Below are positions 20,745 through 31,143 of a stretch of 61,860 nucleotides of DNA, one piece after another. The notes beneath the pieces were generated by a model. That model had not been told where the DNA came from. It made no database searches and saw nothing but the letters and a program-made list of their open reading frames with translations. The translations under genes were made by a program, and so were the position numbers. Numbering within the stretch: position 1 is the stretch's first letter; every line of letters begins with the position of its first letter. Origin of the DNA: Coriobacteriaceae bacterium (lineage in GTDB: Bacteria; Actinomycetota; Coriobacteriia; Coriobacteriales; UMGS124); assembly GCA_019420325.1 (NCBI GenBank), contig JAHZHK010000001.1, forward strand, positions 1 to 61,860, read 5' to 3'.

Positions 20745-21491
20745 ATGAGCAACGCATTGTTTCCGCAGGCGAGTTGGGAAGAGGGCGAGATGGACGCTTG
20801 TCTGAACCTGTGTGCATCGGCTGAGCTGCTGCACGACCTTGTGCAGGGCATCGTCTCGGCGCTCGAGGCGCGCGACCCACATACGGCCGAGCACTCGCTG
20901 CGCGTGGGCGACATGGTGGAGCAGACCTGTCTGGCCATGGGCCTGCCTGCCGAGCAGGTGATGTCCATCCACATGGCGGCTCACGTCCACGACATCGGCA
21001 AGATTGCCATTCCCGATTCCATCTTGCTCAAGAAGGGGCGCAGAACTCCCGAGGAGCATGCCGTGATGCGCGACCACGCGCGTATGGGCGCCGAGATTCT
21101 GGGGCGCTGCGCGAGCCTGGAGCCCATCGCCCTTATCGTGCGCCATCACCACGAGCGCTGGGATGGCCAAGGCTATCCCGATGGTCTGGCCGGCACCGAC
21201 ATTCCCTTGGGCTCGCGCATTATCGCCGTGTGCGACTCTATTGACTCCATGCTGGGCAAGCGTCTTTCTTCCAAGCGAAAGACGCAGGAAGAATGTCGCG
21301 AGCAGATTGAGCAGGGGGCGGGTGCCGCCTACGACCCCGACATCGCGCTGTTCGTGGTTGCCCATTGGGACCAGATCGTGGGCGGCATCGATTTTCATGA
21401 CTCGGCCGATTTCGACACGCTCGAGGTGTGTCCGGGACGGGCGCTTCGCTGCTCTGTGCCCGCTGGACGCACCCTTGAGCTCACGGCTTAG
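20745..21491 (+). CDS. HD-GYP domain protein (probable c-di-GMP phosphodiesterase)
   Basis: HSLRVGDM...HDIGKIAIPDSILLKKG...HHERWDGQGYPDGL is the HD-GYP signature. Confidence 0.8.
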   Translation: MSNALFPQASWEEGEMDACLNLCASAELLHDLVQGIVSALEARDPHTAEHSLRVGDMVEQTCLAMGLPAEQVMSIHMAAHVHDIGKIAIPDSILLKKGRRTPEEHAVMRDHARMGAEILGRCASLEPIALIVRHHHERWDGQGYPDGLAGTDIPLGSRIIAVCDSIDSMLGKRLSSKRKTQEECREQIEQGAGAAYDPDIALFVVAHWDQIVGGIDFHDSADFDTLEVCPGRALRCSVPAGRTLELTA

Positions 21492-21574
21492 GGCGTCGCG
21501 CGCCCCAGGGCCTTAAACCAGTTGTCCAGCGTCCATAAGGGGCGTTGCATATCAAGAGAGGAAGGTTTTGCATC

Positions 21575-21838
21575 ATGGCATTCGAGAAGATCAAGAAGTG
21601 GGGCTCGAAGCATCACAACGGCCTGCTCGTTGCAGGTGGTTTCGTCCTGGGTACCGCCGGCGTGAAGGCCGTCACCTCCCAGACCGCCAAGAAGGGCTAC
21701 GTCAAGGTCGTTGCCTCCGGCATGCGTGCCAAGAACGCCTATCTCGACATCTGCGAGCAGGCAAAGGCCGAGGTGGACGACATTGTGGCTGAGGCCAGCT
21801 ACATCACCACGGAAGACGCCGCCAAGGCCAACGCCTAG
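21575..21838 (+). CDS. Small hypothetical protein (one predicted TM/amphipathic segment) upstream of the P-type ATPase
   Basis: MAFEKIKKWGSKHHNGLLVAGGFVLGTAGVKAV... GAGAGGAAGG RBS. The stop lies 17 nt before the ATPase start. Confidence 0.5.
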   Translation: MAFEKIKKWGSKHHNGLLVAGGFVLGTAGVKAVTSQTAKKGYVKVVASGMRAKNAYLDICEQAKAEVDDIVAEASYITTEDAAKANA

Positions 21839-21855
21839 CGCACAAAGGAAGACTC

Positions 21856-23985
21856 ATGGACTTCGCACCTGTCAAAGAACTTCCGGGACGCGTGCGCGTC
21901 AAGCTGCGCGGCCCGGTTCCCGAGGGTGACGTTTCCGCCCTCGAGCAGGTGGTTCGGGCTTGTCCGGACGTCACGAAGGCGACGGTCTACCCGCGCAACG
22001 GTGAGGTGGCGATAAGCTACGCCGCCGGCGAGGGGGCCAAGGAGCGCGTGTTCTGCCACCTCGTGGGCATCAAGGCCGCCGATGTCGAGGCGGCCCGTGA
22101 GCTTGCGGCCTACGACCCTTCGACCCAGACGCGCGCCCTCGTGCGGGACATCCTGTGGCTGGTGGGCTCCCACTATGCCCGCAGGTGGTTCCTGCCTGCC
22201 CCCTTGCGCACTGCCTGGACCGTTTGGAGCTATCGGCACTTCCTCGCCGCCGCGCTTGACTCGCTTGCGCACGGCAGGCTCGACGTGCCCGTGCTCGACG
22301 CCGCCGCCATCGGCATGGCCTTCATCTGCAAGGATCCCAAAACCGCCTCGTCCACGATGTTCTTGCTCAACCTTGGCGAGACGCTCGAGGAATACACCCG
22401 CGCCCGTTCGCAGGGCGAGCTCATTCGCTCGCTTCTCGACGCGCCTGAGACGGCCCAGCTCATCGACGGCGAGCGCGAGGTCGGCGTTCCCACCACGTCA
22501 CTTGTCGAGGGCGACCTCGTCGTCATCCGCACGGGCATGCCCGTCAGCGTCGACGGCACGGTCGAGGCGGGCTGCGCGATGGTCAACCAGGCGGCGCTTA
22601 CCGGCGAGCCCCTCGCCGTGGAGCGCACGGTGGGCGACGATGTGTTTGCAGGCACCGCAGTTGAGTCGGGCGAGATCTTTGTGCGGGTGCACTCCGGCAC
22701 CGGCGAGACGCGCCTGCGTTCCATCGTGAGCCTCGTCGAGCAGTCCGAAGCCCTCAAGGCGGGCGTGCAGACACGCCGCGAGACGCTTGCCAACAAGATC
22801 GTCCCGTGGAACTTCCTGCTTGCCGGCATTGTCGCCATCACCACAAAGAGCCTGGTGAAGACGGCTGCATCCATGATGGTGGACTACTCGTGCGCCCTCA
22901 AGCTCACGGGTTCCATCGCCGTGCTTTCGGCCATGAACCAAAGTGTGCGCGAGGGCTTCATGGTCAAGGGCTCCAAGTACTTCGAGGCCATGGCCAATGC
23001 CGACACCATCGTCTTCGACAAGACGGGCACCCTCACCAACGCCGAACCCCAGGTCGCCGGCGTGCTTGCCTTCGACGGCTGGGACGAGACGGAGGTGCTG
23101 CGCTTCTCGGCCTGCCTGGAGGAGCATTTCCCGCATCCCGTTGCTCGCGCTGTGGTGAACGCCGCCGCCGCACGCAACCTGCAGCATCGCGAGCGCCATG
23201 CCGAGGTCGAGTACATCGTGGCCCACGGTATTGCCAGCTCGCTCGACGGCAAGCGCTGCGTCATTGGCAGCGAGCACTTTGTCGTCGAGGACGAGGGAGT
23301 CGTCATCGATGAGGCGGCCCATGCCCGCATCATCGAGGCGTTCGGCGCAATATCCTCGCTTTACCTGGCGGTGGACGGCAAGCTCGTGGGCGTCATCGGC
23401 ATCCATGACCCCATCAAGCTGGGCGTTCCTGAGGCTGTGGCGCAGCTGCGCCGTCTGGGCTTCAGGCACATCGTCATGCTCACCGGCGACAACGAGCGCG
23501 CAGCTGCGCCTGTGGCCGCTCAGGCGGGCATCACCGAGTTCTGCGCAAACATGCTTCCCGAACAGAAGCACTCATATATAGAGAAGCTTAAAAACGAGGG
23601 CAGGCGTGTGGTGATGGTGGGCGACGGCGTGAACGACTCGCCGGCGCTCTCCTTGGCCGACGTGGGCATCGCCATGGCTATGGGTACCGCCATTGCCAAG
23701 GAGGTCGCCGACATCACGCTCACCGAGGCGGACCTGGCGAGCATTGTGCGCCTGCGTCAGTTGTCGCGCGACCTCATGGATCGCATGGACCTGCAATTCC
23801 GCGAGGTCATGACGTTCAACACGGGGCTTTTGGCGCTTGGTATCGCCGGCATCATTGCCCCTGCGACCTCGGGACTTTTGCACAATGGCTCGACCATTCT
23901 GTTCGCAGCCCAGAGTGCCCGCACGTACCGGCTCGACGCCGCCGAGGTCGTCGAGGCCCAGGACGTGGAGGTTGTCGAGGGTTAA
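21856..23985 (+). CDS. P1B-type (heavy-metal-like) P-type ATPase with non-canonical SCA transmembrane motif
   Basis: FDKTGTLT phosphorylation motif, MLTGDN, GDGVNDSPAL hinge. The N-terminal ferredoxin-like domain has no CxxC. The membrane motif is DYSCALK (22888-22896) where CPC/CPx is expected. Confidence 0.85.
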   Translation: MDFAPVKELPGRVRVKLRGPVPEGDVSALEQVVRACPDVTKATVYPRNGEVAISYAAGEGAKERVFCHLVGIKAADVEAARELAAYDPSTQTRALVRDILWLVGSHYARRWFLPAPLRTAWTVWSYRHFLAAALDSLAHGRLDVPVLDAAAIGMAFICKDPKTASSTMFLLNLGETLEEYTRARSQGELIRSLLDAPETAQLIDGEREVGVPTTSLVEGDLVVIRTGMPVSVDGTVEAGCAMVNQAALTGEPLAVERTVGDDVFAGTAVESGEIFVRVHSGTGETRLRSIVSLVEQSEALKAGVQTRRETLANKIVPWNFLLAGIVAITTKSLVKTAASMMVDYSCALKLTGSIAVLSAMNQSVREGFMVKGSKYFEAMANADTIVFDKTGTLTNAEPQVAGVLAFDGWDETEVLRFSACLEEHFPHPVARAVVNAAAARNLQHRERHAEVEYIVAHGIASSLDGKRCVIGSEHFVVEDEGVVIDEAAHARIIEAFGAISSLYLAVDGKLVGVIGIHDPIKLGVPEAVAQLRRLGFRHIVMLTGDNERAAAPVAAQAGITEFCANMLPEQKHSYIEKLKNEGRRVVMVGDGVNDSPALSLADVGIAMAMGTAIAKEVADITLTEADLASIVRLRQLSRDLMDRMDLQFREVMTFNTGLLALGIAGIIAPATSGLLHNGSTILFAAQSARTYRLDAAEVVEAQDVEVVEG

Positions 23986-24177
23986 GTACGTACCTGCGGT
24001 TGAAGCTAACCGCTGATGTTTCAAGGCGCTCTCATCTTTGTGTCAAAGGCGTTGCATGCCGCTGAAAGCCGTTCATGGTCATAGTCAGCGGGTGCAGCGC
24101 CTTTTTTGTCATTGTGCGCCGGGCGACTCGGGGGTATAAAAGGATGCCAGGGCAGAACGCGAAAGGGGATGTGGCAA

Positions 24178-24840
24178 ATGATGGGTCGTAAGGCGTTTAC
24201 GGTGGTCGCTTCGCTTGCATTGGCGGGGTGCCTGGTGGCAATCCCGCTGCTTGGCTGCCAAGACGCTTCAAACGCCACATCAAGTTCCTCCTCAAGCTCC
24301 TCCCAAGGGAAGGCCGTTGCGCAATCCGCGCCTTCTACCGGCGACGCTGCTCCCGCGCAGGAGAGCGCTCCCACGTTGCAGACAACCACGAGTGCCGTCA
24401 CCGTCCCCGTCGACTTTTTTGACATCCTCGGCATCTCTGAGCGCGGTCGTGAGAAGTTCCTCGAGCGCTTGGGCGCCACCGACATTGCGGCCCAGGATGA
24501 CGGCTCATATGTCGTGAGCCTTTCGAGCGAGGATTTTGCGGCGTTCGCCTCCCATGCCTACCAGGCAATTCAAGACAAAATCAAGTCGAGCACGACTGAC
24601 GGTACCTACACTGGTGTGACTTCGGTCGATTACGACGAGACGTTCGCCACCGTCGTGGTCGTGCTTGATTCCAAGACGATTCCCGACAGCGACGCCGGTC
24701 TTGCCACCAACCTGGGGCACGCCGCGAACCTCTACCAGCAGATTGCGGGCCTGCCTGTGAGCTGCGACGTCATCGTGATGAACTCCGAGGGCGAGACGCT
24801 TTCTGAGTCGATGTTCCCCGAGACGCCGGCAAAGGAGTAA
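24178..24840 (+). CDS. Putative lipoprotein (Ser-rich linker)
   Basis: MMGRKAFTVVASLALAGC / LLGC lipobox-like signal peptide, then SSSSSSSS. Start ambiguous (24169, 24178 or 24181). Confidence 0.55.
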   Translation: MMGRKAFTVVASLALAGCLVAIPLLGCQDASNATSSSSSSSSQGKAVAQSAPSTGDAAPAQESAPTLQTTTSAVTVPVDFFDILGISERGREKFLERLGATDIAAQDDGSYVVSLSSEDFAAFASHAYQAIQDKIKSSTTDGTYTGVTSVDYDETFATVVVVLDSKTIPDSDAGLATNLGHAANLYQQIAGLPVSCDVIVMNSEGETLSESMFPETPAKE

Positions 24841-24870
24841 CGCCTGCCTTGTCAGAAGCGCCTGCAAGCA

Positions 24871-24909
24871 AGAGGCCCCTGCGACACAATGCGCGTCGCG
24901 GGGGCCTCT
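24871..24909. terminator. Hairpin between convergent lipoprotein gene and metG
   Basis: AGAGGCCCCTGCGAC-acaatgcgc-GTCGCGGGGGCCTCT (15-bp stem, one G.U). Confidence 0.5.
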
Positions 24910-24934
24910 GTCGTCTTGCCTTGCTGTGCAGGAA

Positions 24935-26944
24935 CTAGTACTGGGACTCGTGCTTGGAGAAGAAGTCGGTCCTGGAGGGCAGCTCACGCACCACATGCTC
25001 GCCAGGGGTCTCGCCGGCGGCAACGGTGAGCTCGTCGAGGCTCATGAAGGCGTAGTCCCAGCTGAAGAAGAGCTCCTCGTCAAACTGGAAGTAGTCGCGG
25101 ATCATCTCGCAGCCGGTGGGCACGCAGGGGTGCATGAGCAGGGCGGCCACACGCAGGGCCGCGAACGCGTCGCGCAGCGCCGCCTGCATGGCACTCGCCG
25201 TGGCAGCCTCGTCGTCCATGTTCTTGGCAGCCTTGCTCGCGTCGCTCCAGCGCTTGTTGGCGTCGCGGATGAAGTCGTCGGCCACGCGCAGGGCACCGGG
25301 GAAGTCGAGCACGTGCATCTTGCGCTCGAAGGCAAGCAGCGCCTTCTCGCAGGCGGCGCTGACCTCGGGGGCGCAGGCGCCGGCGGGCAGCTTGCCTGCG
25401 CAGTGCGAGGTCGCGCCGTAGAAGCACGAGCGCGCAAGGCGGTTGAAGACGTTCGTGAGCAGCGCGGACTCCTTGAGAGCAGGGTCGGCCATGCGGGGGT
25501 CTTCGCGCTTCTTGGGGTCGGGCTCATAGGGCTTGGGGGAGAAGCTCACGGGCTTGTCGCCCAAGCCAAGCGACAGCCAATGGGCGCGCAGCTGCTCGGG
25601 CGTGTAGTAATCGAGCAGGTCGAGCGCCATGGGGGGCTTCACGGCGCCGGAGCTGGAGGCCTTGGCGCCCATGAAGAGGATGTGGTAGTTGGCCACGGGC
25701 ACGCTCTGCTTGAGGCCCCAGCCCAGGGCGTCCCACAGGGCGGGCTGTGCCACGCAGTAGAAGTAGATGTTGTCCTGGCCGATGAACTGGAACTGGTCGC
25801 AGTCCTCGCTGCACCACCAGTCGTGCCAGTCATCGCTGGAGTAGCGACCGCCGCCGTTCTCGGCGTCGAGGTCGAGAACGGTCTGAGTGAATGAGATGGG
25901 CGCCCACAGGCTCTCGGGCCAGCACCAGGTGGTGAGGCCTTCCACGTCGTCCATGACGGGGGTGGGCACGCCCCACTCGATGTTGCCCGTGATGCGGAAG
26001 GGCAGCAGGGTCTTGCCCGTGCGGAAGCGCACGCCGGCGGCCACGAGGGCGTCGCGGGCCTCGTCGCGGGCCTGCCAGTCGGCAAACGTCAGGCTGCAGG
26101 CGCCCTTGCCGTCGGTCTCGGTCAGCTCGTGGGCGGGCAGCGTCGGCAGTGCGGCGTCGAGCGCCTCGCGCATGGGGGCGGTCACGTGGATGACGGGGGG
26201 CAGCAGCCACTCGGCGACCGTGGAGGTCACCACGGGGCGTACGCGCTCGTCGTCCTTCTGGCGCGTGACCTCGCTTGCGATGAAGTCATGCTTGGAGGGC
26301 AGGTCGAAGTACCAGTTGTCCACCGGGCGCAGTTCGGGGGTGGTGCCGGTGAGCTGCGAGACGGGGTTGATGAGCTCCTCGGGCTCGAACTGGTGGCCCA
26401 GGTCGCATTCGTCGGCGTAGGCCTTCTCGGACTTGCAGCCCTTCACGGGGCAGAAGCCCTTCACCTGGCGGCCGTTGAGGAATTGTCCCGCCTGCACGTC
26501 GTAGAACTGCTTGGTGGAGCGAAGCGACAGGGTGCCCGTCTCATGCAGGCGCTCCTCGATCTGGGCGGTGAGGGCGGCGTGGTGGCTCGCGGCGGGCTCA
26601 AGGGCGCTGCCGGCGAAGATGTCCAGTGAGATGTTGTAGGCCTCGAGCGCCTGCTTCTGGTGCTCGTGGTTCGTCTTCACGTAGTCGACGATCGTGCCCT
26701 CGTAGCCCTCCTCGGCGACCTTCTTGCGGTAGCCCTCCATGATGGGCGAGCCGTAGCAGTCGGTGCCCGACACGAACACGACGTTGGAGGCGCCGATGCG
26801 GTCGCGCAGGAAGCGCGCGTAGAAGTCGGCGGGCACGAAGACGCCCGAGATGTGGCCGAAGTGCAGGTCCTTGTTGCCATAGGGCATGCCGCTGGTCACG
26901 ACGGCGCGTTTAGGGAAATGGGGGCGCTCACAAGCGTTGGACAT
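24935..26944 (-). CDS. metG: Methionine--tRNA ligase
   Basis: MPYGNKDLHFGHISG (HIGH-type motif), Zn knuckle-like CPVKGCKSEKAYADEC, overall MetRS pattern. Start placed at MSNACERP (26944). Confidence 0.9.
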   Translation of the reverse strand: MSNACERPHFPKRAVVTSGMPYGNKDLHFGHISGVFVPADFYARFLRDRIGASNVVFVSGTDCYGSPIMEGYRKKVAEEGYEGTIVDYVKTNHEHQKQALEAYNISLDIFAGSALEPAASHHAALTAQIEERLHETGTLSLRSTKQFYDVQAGQFLNGRQVKGFCPVKGCKSEKAYADECDLGHQFEPEELINPVSQLTGTTPELRPVDNWYFDLPSKHDFIASEVTRQKDDERVRPVVTSTVAEWLLPPVIHVTAPMREALDAALPTLPAHELTETDGKGACSLTFADWQARDEARDALVAAGVRFRTGKTLLPFRITGNIEWGVPTPVMDDVEGLTTWCWPESLWAPISFTQTVLDLDAENGGGRYSSDDWHDWWCSEDCDQFQFIGQDNIYFYCVAQPALWDALGWGLKQSVPVANYHILFMGAKASSSGAVKPPMALDLLDYYTPEQLRAHWLSLGLGDKPVSFSPKPYEPDPKKREDPRMADPALKESALLTNVFNRLARSCFYGATSHCAGKLPAGACAPEVSAACEKALLAFERKMHVLDFPGALRVADDFIRDANKRWSDASKAAKNMDDEAATASAMQAALRDAFAALRVAALLMHPCVPTGCEMIRDYFQFDEELFFSWDYAFMSLDELTVAAGETPGEHVVRELPSRTDFFSKHESQY

Positions 26945-27046
26945 GAGGATGTTCCTGCCTTTTTGTCGTACGTCGGTCTTTTTCAAGTGAGGCAAGTATA
27001 GAGCCGCGAGGCGTCAATGGGGCGGCTCAAGGTGGCCTGCCCGCGC

Positions 27047-27364
27047 TTACTCCACGGTGCCGTAGGTGAGGCCCCAGCCGTGGGCGGTGACGATCGAGTT
27101 CATCTGGTCGCACAGGCGTGCCCTCGTGTAGGTGCCGGACGGCATGAGCGTGCAGACCTCCATGATGTCGTCGCACACGTCGCAGGCCTCGGCCAAAAGG
27201 ACAAGGTCCAGGCGGCTTGCCTGCTCTTTGCGGGCAAAGAGGGTGTTTACCAGGTCCTGCAACACGCCGTAGTCCTCGCTGCGCACGTTGATGGGGCCGC
27301 TGGGCGCCTTGGTCTCGTCGTGGCTGGGCAAAGTGGCGGCAAATGGGTTGAAGTCGTAGGACAA
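27047..27364 (-). CDS. Small hypothetical protein (C-terminal half resembles DUF2795)
   Basis: 105 aa. ...DDIMEVCTLMPSGTYTRARLCDQMNSIV resembles the DUF2795 pattern. Weak assignment. Confidence 0.4.
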   Translation of the reverse strand: MSYDFNPFAATLPSHDETKAPSGPINVRSEDYGVLQDLVNTLFARKEQASRLDLVLLAEACDVCDDIMEVCTLMPSGTYTRARLCDQMNSIVTAHGWGLTYGTVE

Positions 27365-27634
27365 AGGGGCCTCCGGGGGTGTGCGGCTGGTTTTGTGAAT
27401 CGCGCAGGCACACTATAGCGCATGCCGCGCCGGCCGCAGGGCCCGCCGTCTTGCACCACATGTCCTGCCCGTTGCGTAGATATCGGGCATTTCACGAGCG
27501 TGAAACGTGCGGCAGGCTATCATTTATGGTTGCAGCGAAACCGTCGGATTGTCGCGACAGGGGAGAAGCGGGGGCCTTGGGTCCCCGGTTCTGCGTCGCG
27601 CGCTCCGAACATGTCACAAACGAAGGGTGCCGCC

Positions 27635-28933
27635 ATGTCCGCGTCATACTATGAGTCTCTCTCCGACTCCGAGCTTGCAAGCCAGACTGCCGAACTCGAG
27701 GAGCGCATCGCCCAAATCAAGGCGCGCGGCCTGAAGCTCAACATGGCGCGCGGCAAGCCGTCTTCCGAGCAGCTCGACCTGTCTCGCCCCATGCTTGACG
27801 TCTTGAAGTCCGACGCCGTTCTCGCCGACGGCGGCGTCGACTGCGCCAACTACGGCTGCCTGGAGGGCATCCCGTCGTGCCGCAAGTTCTTCGGCGACAT
27901 CCTGGGTGTGCCCGCCGACAACGTCCTCATCGGCGGCGAGAGCTCGCTCACCCTCATGTACGACGCTGTCAGCCACGCCATGGTCAAGGGTGTCTGCGGC
28001 GCTGACCCGATGCTTTTGCAGATGCAGGCCCGCAAGCTCAAGTGGATCTGCCTCGTTCCCGGCTACGACCGCCACTTCGGCATCGTCTCGCAGTTCGGCT
28101 TCGAGTGCGTCTGCGTGCCGCTGGGCGAGGACGGACCGGACATGGACGCCGTCGAGGCCCTCGTGGCCGACCCCGACGTCAAGGGCATGTGGTGCGTCCC
28201 CAAGTACTCCAACCCCTCGGGCTGCGTCTATTCCGACGAGGTCATCGAGCGCATCGCGCGCCTGAAGCCTGCCGCACCCGACTTCCGCGTGTACTGGGAC
28301 AACGCCTACTGCGAGCACTTCCTCTACCCCGAGGGCGCCGCTCCCATCGCCAATGTCTTCGAGCTGTCCTGCACCGCCGGCAACCCCGACCTGGTGTACC
28401 AGTTCTGCTCTACCTCCAAGATCACCTTCCCCGGCGCGGGCGTGTCTGCCATGGCGGCGAGCAAGGCCAACCTCGACGACCTCAAGAGCGAGTACAAGCA
28501 CCGCATGATCGGTCACGACAAGCTCAACCAGCTGCGTCACGTGCTCTACCTGCGCGACCTCGACGGCCTGCGCGTCCATATGGCCAAGCAGGCCGAGATT
28601 ATGCGCCCGCGCTTCGAACTCGTTGAGAAGCGCTTCACCGAGGGCCTGGGCGACCTCAACGTCGCCAGCTGGACGCATCCGCGCGGCGGCTACTTCGTGT
28701 CGTTCGACGGCCCCGAGGGCTCGGCCAAGGCGGTGTTCGAGCTGTGCGCCGAGTGCGGCGTGACGCTCACGGGTGCCGGCGCCACCTATCCGGGCGGGGT
28801 CGACCCCAAGGACTCCAACATCCGCATCGCGCCCACTTATCCCACGCTCGCCGAGCTCGACGAGGCGCTGGGTGTGTTCGTGACCTGCGTCAAGCTTGTG
28901 AGCGCACGTCTGGCGCGCGCCGCAAGGGCCTAG
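27635..28933 (+). CDS. Class I/II-fold PLP-dependent aminotransferase
   Basis: MSASYYESLS...LNMARGKPSSEQLDL...VPKYSNPSG...STSKITFPGAG (PLP lysine context). Start placed at the ATG at 27635, after an AAGGG RBS. Confidence 0.7.
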   Translation: MSASYYESLSDSELASQTAELEERIAQIKARGLKLNMARGKPSSEQLDLSRPMLDVLKSDAVLADGGVDCANYGCLEGIPSCRKFFGDILGVPADNVLIGGESSLTLMYDAVSHAMVKGVCGADPMLLQMQARKLKWICLVPGYDRHFGIVSQFGFECVCVPLGEDGPDMDAVEALVADPDVKGMWCVPKYSNPSGCVYSDEVIERIARLKPAAPDFRVYWDNAYCEHFLYPEGAAPIANVFELSCTAGNPDLVYQFCSTSKITFPGAGVSAMAASKANLDDLKSEYKHRMIGHDKLNQLRHVLYLRDLDGLRVHMAKQAEIMRPRFELVEKRFTEGLGDLNVASWTHPRGGYFVSFDGPEGSAKAVFELCAECGVTLTGAGATYPGGVDPKDSNIRIAPTYPTLAELDEALGVFVTCVKLVSARLARAARA

Positions 28934-28936
28934 GGG

Positions 28937-29701
28937 ATGGGCATGGAGACTCCCGAGCTCAACCTCGATCAAAAGGGCGAGATGGTGCAGGGCATCTTCT
29001 CCAAAATAGCCCGCAAGTACGACACGTTCAACGCGCTGTCGAGCATGGGTATCTACAAGGCTTGGCTCAAGCGCGTGGCGCTCACCGCCGCTTGCACGCC
29101 CCAGGAGCGCGTCCTCGACGTGGCGGGTGGCACGGGCGACGTGTCGTTCGAGCTGTGCCGCCGTTGCCCGCCGGCCAGCGTGGAGGTCTCCGACTTCACG
29201 CCCGAGATGCTCGAGGTGGCGCGAAGCCGCGCCGAGGCCGGCGCCTCGTGCGGGGTGCCCTGCGCCTTCAAGGTTGCCGACGCCATGAACCTGCCTTACG
29301 ACGACGAGTCGTTCGACGTGCTCACGATGGCCTACGGCCTGCGCAACTTCTCCGACCGCAAGCGTGCCATGCGCGAGGCGGCTCGCGTGCTCAAGCCGGG
29401 CGGCCGCGCCGTCATCCTGGAGTTCGGCACGCCTTCCAATGCCGTGTGGCGAGCCATCTACCACGTGTATCTCATGCACGTCGTGCCTGCCGTGGGCGGG
29501 GCGGTGTGCGGGGACTCGTCGGGCTTCAAGTACCTGGCGAGTTCCATCCGCGAGTTCCCCCCGCAGGGCACCGTCGTGCGGGAACTGCTTGAGTCGGGCT
29601 TTGAAAGGGCCGATTACCACGACTGCACGGGAGGCATCGCCGCCGTGTACGAGGCGCACAAGGCGCCTCGCGCCACCACACCCGCCGAGGAGCTCGGCTA
29701 A
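28937..29701 (+). CDS. menG: Demethylmenaquinone / ubiquinone-menaquinone methyltransferase
   Basis: FSKIARKYDTFN...VLDVAGGTGD...MAYGLRNF.D......E..RVLKPGGR..ILEF is the UbiE/MenG signature. Confidence 0.85.
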   Translation: MGMETPELNLDQKGEMVQGIFSKIARKYDTFNALSSMGIYKAWLKRVALTAACTPQERVLDVAGGTGDVSFELCRRCPPASVEVSDFTPEMLEVARSRAEAGASCGVPCAFKVADAMNLPYDDESFDVLTMAYGLRNFSDRKRAMREAARVLKPGGRAVILEFGTPSNAVWRAIYHVYLMHVVPAVGGAVCGDSSGFKYLASSIREFPPQGTVVRELLESGFERADYHDCTGGIAAVYEAHKAPRATTPAEELG

Positions 29702-29721
29702 ACGACAGGAGGACCGGTCCT

Positions 29722-31119
29722 ATGCTGCTCACATCCCGCTATGTGATTCCCGTGTCCAGCGCGTTTGACACCTACATCGAGTACGGCGCCGTGCTCGTTG
29801 AGGGCGACCGCATCGTCGAGGTTGGCCCCGCCGCCGACCTTATGGCGCGCCACCCCGGCGAGGAGGTTCGCGACTTCGGCATGGCTGCCATCATGCCTGG
29901 CTTCGTGGACTGCCACTCGCACCTGGAGTTCTCGCTCATGCGCGGCATTCTCAACGACACGCCCTATGCGAGCTGGAAGGCCTTCATCAACGAGAAGATG
30001 GCCCTGCTTAGCATCAAGGACTGGTTCGACTCCGCCTACATCGGCGCCTATGAGGCCCTCACCGCCGGCATTACCTGCGTGGCCGACGTCACCTTCACGG
30101 GTGCGTGTCTGCCCGCCATCGCTGAGCTGGGCCTGCGCGGCATCGTGTACCGCAGCGTCGGTGCGCCGGCCCGCAAGCAGGTCGAGGAGGAGATGGGGCG
30201 TGCCGTCGAGCAGATCGGGCAGTGGCGCGGCCAGGTTGCCGACACCGACCGCATCCAGATCGGCATCGCCCCCGAGAACCTCTTCAGCTGCCACCCCCAG
30301 ATCCTCAAGGAGGTCGCGGACTTCGCAAACGCCACCGGCACGCCCGTGGCCATGCACCTGGCCGGCTCACAGGAGGAGTGCGACTTCATTCGCTACGGCT
30401 CGTCGGTGTTCTCCATCGCCAACGACTCCTCCGACCACCAGGCGTTTGCCCCGCGCCAGTCGGTGGAGCTGCTGCCCGCTGGCTGCACGCCGGTGCAGTA
30501 TGCGCTCAACTGGGACATCCTCGACGTGCCGCAGCTTCTCGCCGTCCACTGCGTCAAGCTTGAGGACCATGACATCGAGCTTCTGCGCGACCATGGCGTG
30601 AGCGTTGCCGTGACGCCGCGCGCCTGCGCCAAGCTCGGCCAGGGTCTGGCACGCATCCCCGAGATGCGCCGCGCGGGCATCGCCGTGGGCCTGGGCTCCG
30701 ACTCGCCGGCGGCTTCCGACAGCATGGACCCGATTGCCGAGATGCGCTTCGCCATGCTCGCTCTGCGCGCCACGCACGGCAAGGACGGCTTCATCGAGGG
30801 CCCCGACATGATTCGTATGGCCACGCTCGACTCTGCCCGTGCCCTGGGTCTCGACGACCTCGTGGGTTCGCTCGATCCGGGCAAGAAGGCCGACATCATC
30901 GCCGTCGACCTGTCCGACTCGCGTCAGGCCCCCACGCACTTCCCCACCTCCGCCGTTGTGCATACCTCCAGTAGGGATGATGTCATGATGACGATGGTCG
31001 ACGGCAATATCGTCTATGATGCCGCTGACAAGTTCTGCCAGGTACCTAACGCCGACACGCACGAGATGAGAAGGATTACCCAGAGCCTTGAGACCGTGCG
31101 TCGTCGCCTGAGGTCGTAA
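29722..31119 (+). CDS. Amidohydrolase-family deaminase/chlorohydrolase-like protein (possibly futalosine-pathway associated)
   Basis: MPGFVDCHSHLE metal-binding HxH, later HLAGSQEE and GLGSDSPA. It is adjacent to menG. Pathway assignment is inference. Confidence 0.65.
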   Translation: MLLTSRYVIPVSSAFDTYIEYGAVLVEGDRIVEVGPAADLMARHPGEEVRDFGMAAIMPGFVDCHSHLEFSLMRGILNDTPYASWKAFINEKMALLSIKDWFDSAYIGAYEALTAGITCVADVTFTGACLPAIAELGLRGIVYRSVGAPARKQVEEEMGRAVEQIGQWRGQVADTDRIQIGIAPENLFSCHPQILKEVADFANATGTPVAMHLAGSQEECDFIRYGSSVFSIANDSSDHQAFAPRQSVELLPAGCTPVQYALNWDILDVPQLLAVHCVKLEDHDIELLRDHGVSVAVTPRACAKLGQGLARIPEMRRAGIAVGLGSDSPAASDSMDPIAEMRFAMLALRATHGKDGFIEGPDMIRMATLDSARALGLDDLVGSLDPGKKADIIAVDLSDSRQAPTHFPTSAVVHTSSRDDVMMTMVDGNIVYDAADKFCQVPNADTHEMRRITQSLETVRRRLRS

Positions 31120-31143
31120 CTCCAGCTAGAAAGGTCGTTTTCC

